Shown here piece after piece: positions 12,358 to 23,529 of a stretch of DNA of 64,000 nucleotides (position 1 is its first letter; the number at the start of each line of letters is the position of its first letter). Origin of the DNA: Selaginella moellendorffii. Taxonomy: Eukaryota > Plantae > Lycopodiophyta. The stretch lies in the NCBI RefSeq assembly GCF_000143415.4, contig NW_003314301.1, forward strand, positions 1,604,981-1,668,980, in the 5' to 3' direction. The notes under the pieces were generated by a model, which worked only from the letters and a program-made list of their open reading frames with translations, searched no databases and was not told the origin of the DNA. A program made the translations under genes and the position numbers.

Positions 12358-13354
12358 TGCTGGAAGAAGAGGAGGGAAGAAGAACAAGAAAAACAATCCA
12401 GCAACCAGTGCTACTACTACTACTCGCTCGCCTCCAAGAACAAAGAACACCGCCAACGATCTCAATGGAGCAGCTTTAAAGAATTCTCTCCTCTCTCGCC
12501 ACTCCACAAGGGGACGACGAAGAACGAACTAAACAATTGCATACATAACATTGTTCTAACGGCTCGGCCCTGACCGTTGATGCTGACAATCCGACCGGTA
12601 ACATGGCTCCACGAGGGCGGAATCAACGGTTCCTGTCGCGGCACCTCGGCGGCATATTCTTCGAGCACTAGCCATACCTTAATCAGGCTAATGAAAGTTA
12701 ATCAAACTAGAGACAATGGTCAAATTTTTTCTGAAAAAGAAGGCCCTTTGTTCTTGATGTTGGCTGTCTTTGTGACTGAAAGACACATTTGTTGGATGAA
12801 TGCAATGCACCACCACACCCCTGCACTCAGCTTTGCTTCATAAAAACTTATAGTGAGGGACACATGAATTCGGTGCCTTGGTGTATTCTATTCATTAAAA
12901 TCTTTGCTTTTCTAACACTGGAGTTCCTCCAAACAAAAACACCTTAGATTAGCCTCGAAAGATTCTCATAACCATATGTTATTTGGCACTGGGGTGGTTT
13001 TATACTTTTTACCTACTTTGTCTTTTCTTCTTCTGGCTCTCATCTCACTTTATCCTATTGAGATTTTATAGATTAGAGTCCCATGCTCCTCAGTTGTGCT
13101 GTAAACATTTAAATTATATAACTATCAATAAACATGAGTGATAATGTTCTACTCCCTGGCTATGGTAGAAGATATCACAGTTAGGATCTTATGTTTCTAG
13201 TAGATAAGATTTACATACATGGGGTTTAGCATCAGTATTGGTAAAGATTAAATTTATTAAAATGCACAAAAAGAATTGAGTCCCCAGAAGTAGTGCTCTC
13301 TGTACACTCTACCGATATTTGCAATGCTTTTTTCACATGTTGCCAAGTGCAGGA

Positions 13355-13963
13355 CTAAGTAGTGCTCTCAACGGCCTGCAAATGGCGATGTTGCTGCTGC
13401 TTGCCGAAAGAAAGGCTGAGTGGCCATTTGCACTTGTATCTGTTCTTGAGGATCCTGTCAATGCATTTGTGGAGAGAAAGAGTGCTGTGGTGGTGGTGGT
13501 GAGTGTTTTGCAAGGCTGATGAATCCTCTGGAAAAAACAAGAAGTTTTAGCACCGGAATCGAGATACAAAGGGCTGAGAGCTTTCCTCTCTACCTTGAGA
13601 GAGTGCTGCTAGTGCATGGTGGTGGTGATGGCTCCTTTTCTTCTTCTTGAGCGTCCTTGGCCCAAGCCCAAACGCAATGCCGTTCTTGCTCCTGTAGCAT
13701 TGGAGCTCCACGCTCTGGACGTGGTCCAGGAGGTCCCCCGTGTAGCTCAGAGCGTTTCTCTCCAGGGTCTGCACGATCCATCTCGCCTCCTGGCTCAGCT
13801 TGTTCCCGGCCGACTCCACCTCCGCTCCAATGCGACTCACAAACGCGTCCGCCTTGTTGCTCATCTTCTCAAGCGTCGCCACCGTCTTCATCACCATGTA
13901 CACGAGCGCTAGTGTCAGCATCCCCAGCCACAAATCATCCATAGCTGTCGTCTCGATCCTCAT
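13355..13963 (-). CDS. Unknown two-exon protein with an N-terminal TM helix and two poly-His tracts
   Basis: Exon 1 (13963-13594) and exon 2 (13527-13355) join in frame across a 66-nt GT-AG intron. No family is recognised. Confidence 0.6.
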
Positions 13964-14309
13964 GGTCGCTCTGCTCGGGGATTCGGAGGTGGTCGTGGAA
14001 GAATTTGCTCGGGACTCGATCGATGATAGAGTTGATCGTGGAACTTAGTAAGCTTGCAAACAAGAGGGGGAAGAAGAAGTGATCAGCGACGGATCGATCG
14101 ACCTTCTAAAACTCTGGACGAGCAAGCCGAACCTGGAAAGAGTGTGCTGCGGAGCAGACACCTTTATACGGCGAGAGCCCGGCCGACGGGTCTTTGTTTT
14201 CGCGCACTCTCCACTCATGTCTTCTTCAGAAATTGGCTGCTAATCGAATCTCCTGGAAAAAAAATACCGTGAGGCTGGACCACTGGGTAATATAGATTAA
14301 TCACAAGAT

Positions 14310-14955
14310 CACTCGCATGGCGATCTCCTCCCTTAAAAATCTGCCAAAGGCTTACCGTCCATTGGGACTCTTAGACTTTTGGACCGCCACTCAAGCCGGA
14401 CGTGTCGCTCAACCAGGCCCTTTTACGGAGTCCTGCCACACCCAAACACTCAAAACTTCGTTTGTCTCCAAGGAAGGAAGAAATGACCACTGCTTACTTG
14501 GGCAAAGCTTTGCAAACCTTTGATTTCTTGATTCGGTGGGTCTGGCAAATTCCTCATGGGGAGAAAAAATCTTTGTACGCATTCCCTTTTCAATGATGGA
14601 AAACGAGCCTTGGAGAACGTTTGAGCTGTATCCCAAAAGCACCGGCTCTGAATGCTTGGCAAAGATTCTTTGCTTGGACAACCGGGATCGATGGTTTTCT
14701 TTCTTTGTTTTTCCAGCTTGCATTCTAAACGTGACGGCACCAAAGAGCGACGTATGGATTGTATGGAAAATACGAACACACGAACCTTCTATGAAGCTCT
14801 TTAGCAAGTTCGCGTCGGGAGCTCCATAGCGACGCGTGGAAACTTCAAAGTACTGTATGAGAACGCTTGCCAAAAGGTAGAACCTCTGATAACTGGAAAT
14901 CCCAGACAATCAATCCAGCGCGAAAAGGCAATTAGAACAGCGTGGATTCCATAAG
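14310..14955 (-). pseudogene. Possible degenerate F-box/kelch-type gene
   Basis: Fragments such as YNPYVALW and EVLSVWVWQDS occur in different frames with stops. The resemblance is weak. Confidence 0.25.
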
Positions 14956-14999
14956 AGTCGGGGTTGGAACTTATCTGTCTGTGATGTCGATTGGGAAGA

Positions 15000-15445
15000 C
15001 AATTCTCTCCAATCTACACCTTTGTTGTTGCATTATTTGCGAGTCACACCATGATGATGTCTAGGCTCTCTCTTTCAGTTGCATAGCTGCTGAGCTCCGG
15101 GAGAACACCACAAACGCATTTGTTCTCTTCCTCCAAGTGCATTTGACAGGACTACCTGAGAATAGACATCAAAATCATCATGGAAATTCCGATCAGGTAG
15201 AATCGCATCGATTCAAAGCTTGTGCAGGACTCTAACAAGGTACAAGCTTACGTAATAGGATAGATATCACCTCTTCTGAAAACCAATTCAAGACAAACAT
15301 AAGCCATACCTTGGTCGAGGGAAACACGGTCTTTGAAAACTTAAGTGCTCATTTCTTGAGCCTCAGCCGATTAACACGATGTAAGCCATAGTAAAGTATC
15401 TGTCATACCTCAAGGTGTCTATCATCGGACTGAAATATGTCCTAG
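15000..15445 (-). pseudogene. Degenerate tandem duplicate of the mtKAS 3' end
   Basis: Shares colinear blocks with 15795-16400 (GCCATACCTTGGTCGAGG, TGTCATACCTC, GGTAGAATC...GATTCAAAG, CTCTCCAATCTA). Confidence 0.7.
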
Positions 15446-15822
15446 CAAGAACCAAAGCATACCTCTAAAGACAAGTCCTACATTCATAAACCATGTTAGC
15501 ACAGGAAAGTGTAGAGTTATAAACAACCTTACATAAGTATGACGAAAGCTAATTGCGACTTCCTGAAATATCACAAAGGAACCAAACTCATCAGGGGCAT
15601 TGCAAGTGTCTAAAGCGATAGAAATCTGCAAGATCGCTACCCAAAGCTGTGGAAGCTACATTTACCTGCTTGATTCGCAGGAGATCGCTGGAGACGCTAC
15701 GTACTTAACATATTGCTTCGAGCAATGTTTAACGAGTCCCCAGGAACACAAACGGACTGTAATACCATGAACTTTTGAGTCATTTTGAGAGAATCCTCTC
15801 CAATCTAGAATGTTGTTGTTTT

Positions 15823-17971
15823 CTAGTGACTCGGAGGAGAGGTGAACACCAGGGATGCATTCGTTCCTCCAAAGCCAAATGAATTTGACAAGACTGCGTG
15901 AATGGACATAGCCTTTGTAGAGCCGATGGGTACAAAGCCGTCGTGGAAAACCCGATCGGGTAGAATCAGATTCAAAGTTGGCGGAGCTTGCCCCTGAGAA
16001 AAAATTTCACGACGAACGTAAGGTTACATGGCGGCTGGCGAACTAAGGTACAGGCTTACGTGATGTAGCGCCAAAACTGAGAAGATCGCCTCCACGGCTC
16101 CAGCAGCCCCTAGGAGGTGTCCAGTGGCTCCCTGCAAACCAATATAAATGAAGCTCAGCGGAGTCCCAGAAGCGCCATACCTTGGTCGAGGAAAACGCAA
16201 GGTTTCCAGTTACTGCATGCTCCTTAAATACAGTTTTGATGGCCACAGCCTCAACTTTGTCACCTATGCTTCAAATCAACAAGCTTTAAAAGAGCAGCAG
16301 GAATCTTTGTCATACCTCGCGGAGTCGATGTTGCGTGAGCATTGACATAATCGATTTCATTGGGTTTCAGTCCGGACTAACATGAAGTCGAGGTTAGATC
16401 TGGGTTTCGCTAACAAGAACGAAAGCTCACTTGCTGCAAAGCTCGATTCATAGCCAGAACAGCTCCTTTCCCATCTTCAGACGGTTGAGTGATGTGGTGG
16501 CCGTCACCTGGAAAACACAATATGTTAGCAACAGCATAACCATAGTGACGAGGTACCCGACATCCCATATCCACGGATTTCCGCGTACATTTTTGCTCCT
16601 CGTCTTTTTGCATGCTCATATTCCTAGAAACAAATCAGAAGTTTTTTTCTCAATACAAATCTTACCTCAAGAATCATAATGCCCGCGCCTTCTCCAATCC
16701 TATACTTACACAAGTTAGCCTCAAACACAGAAACATCCGCACTCACTTACACAAAACCTTCACGATCACTGTCGAATGGCCGTGAAGCACGTTCGGGACA
16801 TGCGTTGAATCTAGTGCTTAGCGCCTTTGCTCTGGGCAAGATAAAAGAATAGAAAAGCATTATATATAATGTCACTAAGAAAACGATTGCAAACACCTGC
16901 AAACCTGGAAAAGCCCGCTAGTGAAAGCGCATCGATGCTGGCCTCCGTTCCACCTGCAATCATAACATCTGCATCTCCGAATCGAACCATTCTGAATGCA
17001 TCTCCAATTGAATGAGCACCACTCGCGCATGCAGTTACTGCCGCATGGTTGGGCCCCTGACAAGAAAAATAGTTTTCATACGCACAGGGACTAAAGATCT
17101 TTCGTCCCACCTTCAGCTTATACTTTATGCTAACATTTCCCGCGGCCATGTTTATCAAGATGCGAGGAACGAAATAAGGACTTAATCTGTTACTCCGCTG
17201 GCGGCATACAAACAAGGTAGGCACAAACAAAACCGATGGAAAAACTCACATAATCACGAATGAGCTGGGCCGCCTCCAAAACATCAGTTATACACCCGAT
17301 GCCACCACCTATTGCCACACCCTAGAGAATTAAGACACAACCATTACGTTCTTCTCAATGCTTTAGATGAAGAAAAAAGAAATCGCGCGTAAAAAGAAAA
17401 AGCTACCGTTCTTTCGCTGGCCTCATCACTCTCGGAAGGATTCCAATCCGCGTCAGAAAGAGCCTCAGCAGCAGCACACATTGCGTAAGCAATGAAGGGA
17501 GCAAACTTCTGCTCAGTAGAAGAGCGGAAAAAAAAAAAAAAAAGCGTTATCAAAGTATGAACTCGAAATTCCAGAAGCCTACCTTCTCGGACATCCACAG
17601 ATTTGCTTTGAAATCCCCGAGCCCCGTGCCGTAGGGAACAGCAGCCACGACTTGAGAAGGAAGATTATTCATTGCCGCGGCGCGAATCGTTTCATCTTCG
17701 TGTTCCAGCCTCAAATCGTCTTGTTTGAGCGCGCGCACACCACATTTACGGTTGAGAAGCCTCTCCCAAGCGTAATCTATCCCGCATCCCAGCGGCGATA
17801 CCAATCCCAATCCTGCTCGAAACAGTTTTCCATCGATTCTCTTGCCGCCGGATCCTTACCCGTAACAACGACGCGCCGCTGCGAGAGGATCGGAGGCTCT
17901 CCAAAATCCTTGATCGACGAGGACACAGTGCTCGCGGCTCTCGCGCGCTTCACGGAGAGGAACCTCCGCAT
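15823..17971 (-). CDS. KAS: Mitochondrial beta-ketoacyl-ACP synthase (mtKAS), multi-exon
   Basis: [23 protein letters not shown], catalytic [21 protein letters not shown] and [14 protein letters not shown], plus a presequence-like N-terminus. Confidence 0.93.
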
Positions 17972-17982
17972 TCCCGAGCCCT

Positions 17983-18006
17983 AAACCCTAAGCCCCAGGA
18001 CACGTG
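17983..18006. promoter_or_regulatory. Telo-box (AAACCCTAA) plus G-box (CACGTG) upstream of mtKAS
   Basis: Exact motifs at 17983-17991 and 18001-18006. Another telo-box lies at 23468-23476 upstream of NUP93. Confidence 0.55.
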
Positions 18007-18051
18007 GCATCAGCTTCTTGAAACACATGGCTAAAGTATAGCCGTTGAGTT

Positions 18052-19999
18052 TCAAAGCTGGATCTTTGATAGATAGTAAGGCAAGCCCATCTCTTGCAAG
18101 GGGATGCCCAACGCCGCTAGTTTAACCTCGAAAGCCTTGACGATAGAATCGTGTGCCTGGAAGAATTTGCGAAGAATGAGAAGAGTTGTCCTACAAAGAA
18201 TTAAAGCTCGTTACCTTTGTAACTCTTCCAAGCTCGTAATAGAGAGACTTGATTTGCTGGTTCTTGGTTTCTAACACCTTGTCAAACTTGTAGTCCACTT
18301 TACCGGGTTGGAGTTTCCCGGCGAGTGATTCACCAAGTTGAGCCTCCTGAAAATTTATAAAATGAGAGAGATCACTAAAAGATGTAGATCAAGTACCTTC
18401 TTTTCCAGTTGTTCTTGGACAACATGGAGCTTCTTTTCCAAGAGCATGCTCTTAAGGCCACACTTCTGTTGGACATCGAAAATGCAAGACTCGAACCTGG
18501 CGTAGAGATCGTCTTTATCTTCTTGAACCTGGAGAGGGGAGTATAAGTTCGTCATGACGAAGTATTGCTTGCTTTGCCTTGTCCATTTTCTCTTGTAGGC
18601 TCCGGTACTGCCATTCAAGATGTTTTATCTGTTCGAGGGTGTCGGCGTAATGAACTCTCAGCTGTTGGAGCGCTTGTCTATCCTGGTTGAAGTTCAAGAG
18701 CTAAAAGTCCTCCACCAAAGATTAAAAAATTACCTTTTCCAAGACTTGAATGTGCTTGCGAAGTACATCCAGTTCTTTCAGGGCCTTCGTCAGGGGCTCC
18801 ATTGAATGCTTATTTTCCTGAGCAATCTCGTACATGAATTTCTCGTTTGCTTGCTCTTTCTTCTTCATGTCTGTAATGTCTTCCTACAGGCAAAGAAGCG
18901 GCAATTATAGCGAATACGACAGCTTGACGAGATGTTTGGTACCTTGAGCGTCTTGATGAGATCTAAGTTGTTCTGCGTGATGTCATTGTAGTAGAATTTA
19001 ATATCCGCAAAGGCTTTTTCGTGCTTCTTCATGAGCTCAATAATATGCTGATTTTTTCGTTCTTCGATCTCATGAACTTCCTGCTTCTTTCGGAGTTCCG
19101 AGTCCTCCTCGATTTTCTTGCACTGCACACGTAGACAGAGTGAGCAAGCACCTGATCAAACCGCACTCACCGACTTTTCTTTCATTACTCTGAACCAAGT
19201 CCTTAGCCTTCGCGTCATACTCTTGCCTGATCATGCTAATTTCTTTAGCGTGATCCTGATTGCACACCGCTCAGCCACAACAAAAAAAAAAAAAAAACAT
19301 TTTGAATTGCGCTACTCACCAGCTTGAGCTGTCTGATCGTATCTTCGTATCCAAGCTCCACCTCCCTGATCTTAGATTTTAAAAGACGCTGTTCATCCCT
19401 ACAAAAGTCCGACCCTTTACGAGATATGATATGCAACGCGTTTTTTTCACACAAAAGAAACCTTACAAGAGCTGATGCTCTCGCGTTGCGGCTTGTTCAG
19501 CAAACAGCTTCAACGCGATCTCATTGTCACCTTTCACTGCCCCTATGATACCTTGCTGCTCGTACTGAAGATGTCTGGTCTTTTGATTGAAAACCTGGGA
19601 GAAAAAAAAAGAAAAAAAAGAGATAGAATCATCCAGAGAATAGTCATCCTCTCCCTACCTGCATTTGCACCCGATGCCTTTCCTCGATGCCCTGGATGTC
19701 ATGATCTTTAATGAACAGCTCCGCTTTGCATTGGTCAACTTCCTTCTTTTTGAGTTCATAGAATGTGTTGAGCTTGTCCTGGAAACATAAGGTGTTTACA
19801 AAGTTAGAACACGACAGCGGAAGGAAGAAAAGTGTCGAGGAAGTATACTTACACGCTCAATCTGGACACGGTTGCGTGCCCGTTCCTCCTTTTCCTTTTC
19901 GGCATTTAGAGCACGAATTTTGCCTTCGAGCTCCTGTGTGCTGGGGGCAGCAGGAGCCTCTTCCACAGCCGGCGCGTGCTCCTTACCTTTGGGCGCCAT
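18052..19999 (-). CDS. DRC4: Dynein regulatory complex subunit 4 (GAS8/PF2), flagellar, multi-exon
   Basis: [48 protein letters not shown] and [17 protein letters not shown] match the GAS8/PF2 family. Confidence 0.92.
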
Positions 20000-20134
20000 G
20001 GAATGCTAAACTGCAAAACCTACGAGTGTTGCTTGAGAGCTCATCCCCAAGCAACGTGGCCGGCTGAAGCTGATGTGGCCAATACAGTTATGTGTCTTTT
20101 TCCGAGAACAAAGGAAGAAAAGAGCAGACTTACA

Positions 20135-23100
20135 TTAAAGCATTCGAGCGACTTGCTCGTACAGATCGTGCGGCCAATTTCTGGGCACGGTGTTTGCAAC
20201 AAAGTTGGCGATCTGCGCAGACAAAACTGTTAATCGTTTCGCGAAAGCAAGAAACTGGTTTACCTTAGCCTTGAGAGTACGCATATGGCCATCTCTATCG
20301 GGAACATTATCAAGGCAGATCAAAGCCGCCTTGAGAAGATCAGGCACACAAGCTTGAACAGGAGGAGATATGCTTCTCAGGTCTTCGGCACTCTTTTCCG
20401 GTGTCCATGGAGTCAGTGGAAGAAATGACAGCCTGGGAAGCTCAGCGATCGCGTCCGGATATCTCCCCAGGCGAAACAGTTTGTGGAACGCTACGATTCC
20501 TTCAAGTTGCCGGAAGGAAACTTGCTGCTCTGTTACTTGTTCAGCCTCTCGCGAGCTGCAAACTCATGAAATTGTTAGTAGCCAAAATCACGACCAAATG
20601 GCCGGTACCTTCCAGTTCCGCTTCCAGCTTGCTTTTTGTAAGTCTCCGCAATGTCGTTCCCAGCAAGGATAAGGCCTGCAACTTTGGCCTCTCCATCTGC
20701 ACGGCCAGTGGCCAGTGCGCAGATTGCCTCAGAAAGCCTGCGAGTTACTATTTCTAGAGCCATTGCAAAGGCTCCAACACGTTTCAGCAATTCGATAGCC
20801 TGGAACAAAATTTAAAAATCAATACAGACTCGACGAATTGCTACTTTACCTTCTCGTAAAGGCCTGACTCTTGAGCATGTCGTGCAGCTTCAAGTAACAT
20901 CTGCTGCTGCATAGTGGGATCGGGCAAAAACCTTCTCAACGCACCTTCCGACCCGATGCCGTTTGAGCCTAGCAGAAGTGCAATACCACCATCTCTTAGA
21001 AGAAGCTCGATGAGTAGCTGCTTCAACATCATGTTCCTTTGCCTCTGCTGATCATTACTGTTCTGTCCGCTCCAGGAAATAGCGCCACCTCCAATGGCAG
21101 CAGCAGCCTGAACGTAGTACTCCAAAGCCGTCGCAAGGTTGTTTTGCCGGACATATGAAAGTCCATAGTGTCGGATGATGCTTGTGATTTCTCCAACCGG
21201 ACTCATTGTTCCAGGCTTTGCTTTGTTCGACGCGCCTTCTGAAAGGACACCATGATCTGCCAAAGCAATGGCTATATGCACACCGTCTATATGGTCCCCG
21301 TCGTTGCTGATCTCTCTTGTAAGATAAAGGATGGCCGCCTGGAGTTGTAAGCTTAATAGCAGAACGTAAGGATAGACCAAAGGATCTTTGCCGTTCTTAG
21401 TATAGTACGATGGCTCGAATTTGGTCAGGTAGTTCTGCAAATCCTCCAAAGTATAAGGTACTAATCCATCTTGGGGTCCTGGACAGCAGTCCCGAGTAAT
21501 AGAAAGCATAAACCACATAAAGTCCTCGATCGTAGTGAATAGCACAGGAATGTCCCGTAGAAGACGTTCAGCTTGCTGCCGGCTACCGGAAAGAACAGCA
21601 TATAGAAGCATCTTCTTCTTATCGTATCCAGCACGACCTGGCCTGTCCCCAATCCGTGCCATTTTTTCACATTCCTCAAAGGCGGCCGTTGCAGTAGCAG
21701 AAGATACTGCTCCTCCCGTGGCGATCCACTCCGTAAGCTGCAAGTTTGCTAATCAGTAGCAGCGCAATAGAACGTTAAACGTACCAGTGGAGCATACGAA
21801 CGGCTAGCTCTAGACGACTGCGCCACAAGTTTGGCTTCCTCATAATAACCAGATCGGAGGCAAAAATAAATCTGCAAAACCAGTCACACAATAATCTGCT
21901 CAGTTGTTCGAACTAATTGCTTTAGCAGTACCTGGTACCAAGTAGTATCAATTGGCGGTTGCCTATGTGTATCAGTAGCATCGAAGTCTAACAAACCATA
22001 ATCTCTTAGCCGGACCTAAAGAAACTCAAACACGTCAGGTAATCTTTTGACACAACTTAAGAAGATACGCACGCGCAAAAAAGCTCGTACACGTTGTAAG
22101 TTTCCAGTAGATCCTCCAAGTGCTGCCTGTTAGAATCCGTAAGCAAACATTACGTTCTTGCAACAGATCAAAGGTCACCTGAGCAGCATGGCTTTGTATT
22201 GTGTCCAGCATATACTTTTCATGACCAGCTTCCAAATGGCGGCGGGCACCAAAAACCATTTTCATCTTTCTACTAAGATGAGATGGATATTCGAAGTCCT
22301 CACCTAAAAGAGACTGACAACGCGGACAAATGTAAGAATGCTTCAGTTCTAAAGGAACCGCATACCTGAAGGAGATACCAGATTTTGGCCATGTTCACAG
22401 ATTTTGTACCCATTTTCTCATCAGCAAACGCCAAAAACGTGTCTTTCAGAGTGCTCGCAACCTGCAAAACATTACAAGAAAGATAACGTTGCACACCAAA
22501 AAATGTTGCATACATACCTTGAATGGTTCACTTCGTTCTCTTGCAGCATTAAGCTTCGCAACTGCTTCAGCGTACCCCGCAGCCTTTGCATTCACCACTT
22601 GCGACGGAGTTGATAGAAACGGGTTTGGTGCGCGCATATCAGGCAAAGCCTTCACCGCAGAAGAGTCGAGAACACCAGAAACACGACTGGCTTGTTTCCC
22701 GGGAGTGCCAGAAGAAAGTGGCAATCGACTCAAGCTATTCAAAAACTCACGCTTCTCTTTTTGCCAGTCATCCTGTAGAAAGTTCCGTCAGATAGCGAAT
22801 ACTAAAACACGACGTACTTCCAGTGACTTCATCATGTAGTCATCGAAACTTCGAACGTTGTCTCTTTGAGAATTCAAAATCGCTGTAAGCATTGACATTT
22901 CATGCACCTAAGGCAAGAAAAAGAAACTGTGAAAAATCAGAAAGAAATCCAGTAGACCACACCTGCTGTAGATACTCCTCCACGGTCGTCGCTTCCACAG
23001 GAAAAACATCTTCGAAGCTTGTCTATGGAGAGAAAGAAAAGAAAAACAATCAGCTCTAAACGAAAAGTCTCAGTCGCCAAACCTTGAGCTCAAACGCCTT

Positions 23101-23457
23101 TAACTCTCTCGCAAGTTGATCGGCATTTATGCCTTCTCTCGCTAGTAATCTATAGCAACACCCAAGCCGCTAAACCAGAAAAGAAAAATTCCCGCTTACC
23201 GAGTAGCGGCAATAGATTGGCCAGTGGCATCGTAGCGATTCGTCCGGGCCTTAAGCTGGCGCGAGAGAGACTCTAGCTGATCCAAGCTCCTCTGTGCAAG
23301 CAAGAGAGAAGCCCCGAGAATCAAAATGCAGGCCACAAACGCAAAGATTTCTTGCCTGGAGCGGTGGAAATGGCGCCGCCGGCGCGGCAGATTGCAGCAG
23401 CTGCGACGAGTTCTGGAGAAGATCCGCCCAGCTGCGCATGTCCTGAGAACCCCCCAT
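20135..23457 (-). CDS. NUP93: Nucleoporin NUP93/NIC96, multi-exon
   Basis: WADLLQ...APFPPLQR, GARRHLE, IYFCLRSGYY, TIEDFMWF, YYTKNGKDPLVYPY and LYEQVARML. Confidence 0.93.
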
Positions 23458-23529
23458 CGCGAGCGATAAACCCTAATGCCGCAAACCCTTAAACAAATGT
23501 TACTTCTTATTACTTAGAACGAGGAACGA

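Noticed and set aside
12358-12507. 50-aa N-terminal extension of the protease
   Set aside because: It starts at a non-ATG codon in CT-rich 5' UTR-like sequence; the signal peptide begins at ATG 12357.
11382-12532. Antisense and overlapping ORFs over the aspartic protease, also over germins, bZIP and PPR
   Set aside because: These are shadow ORFs of GC-rich coding sequence.
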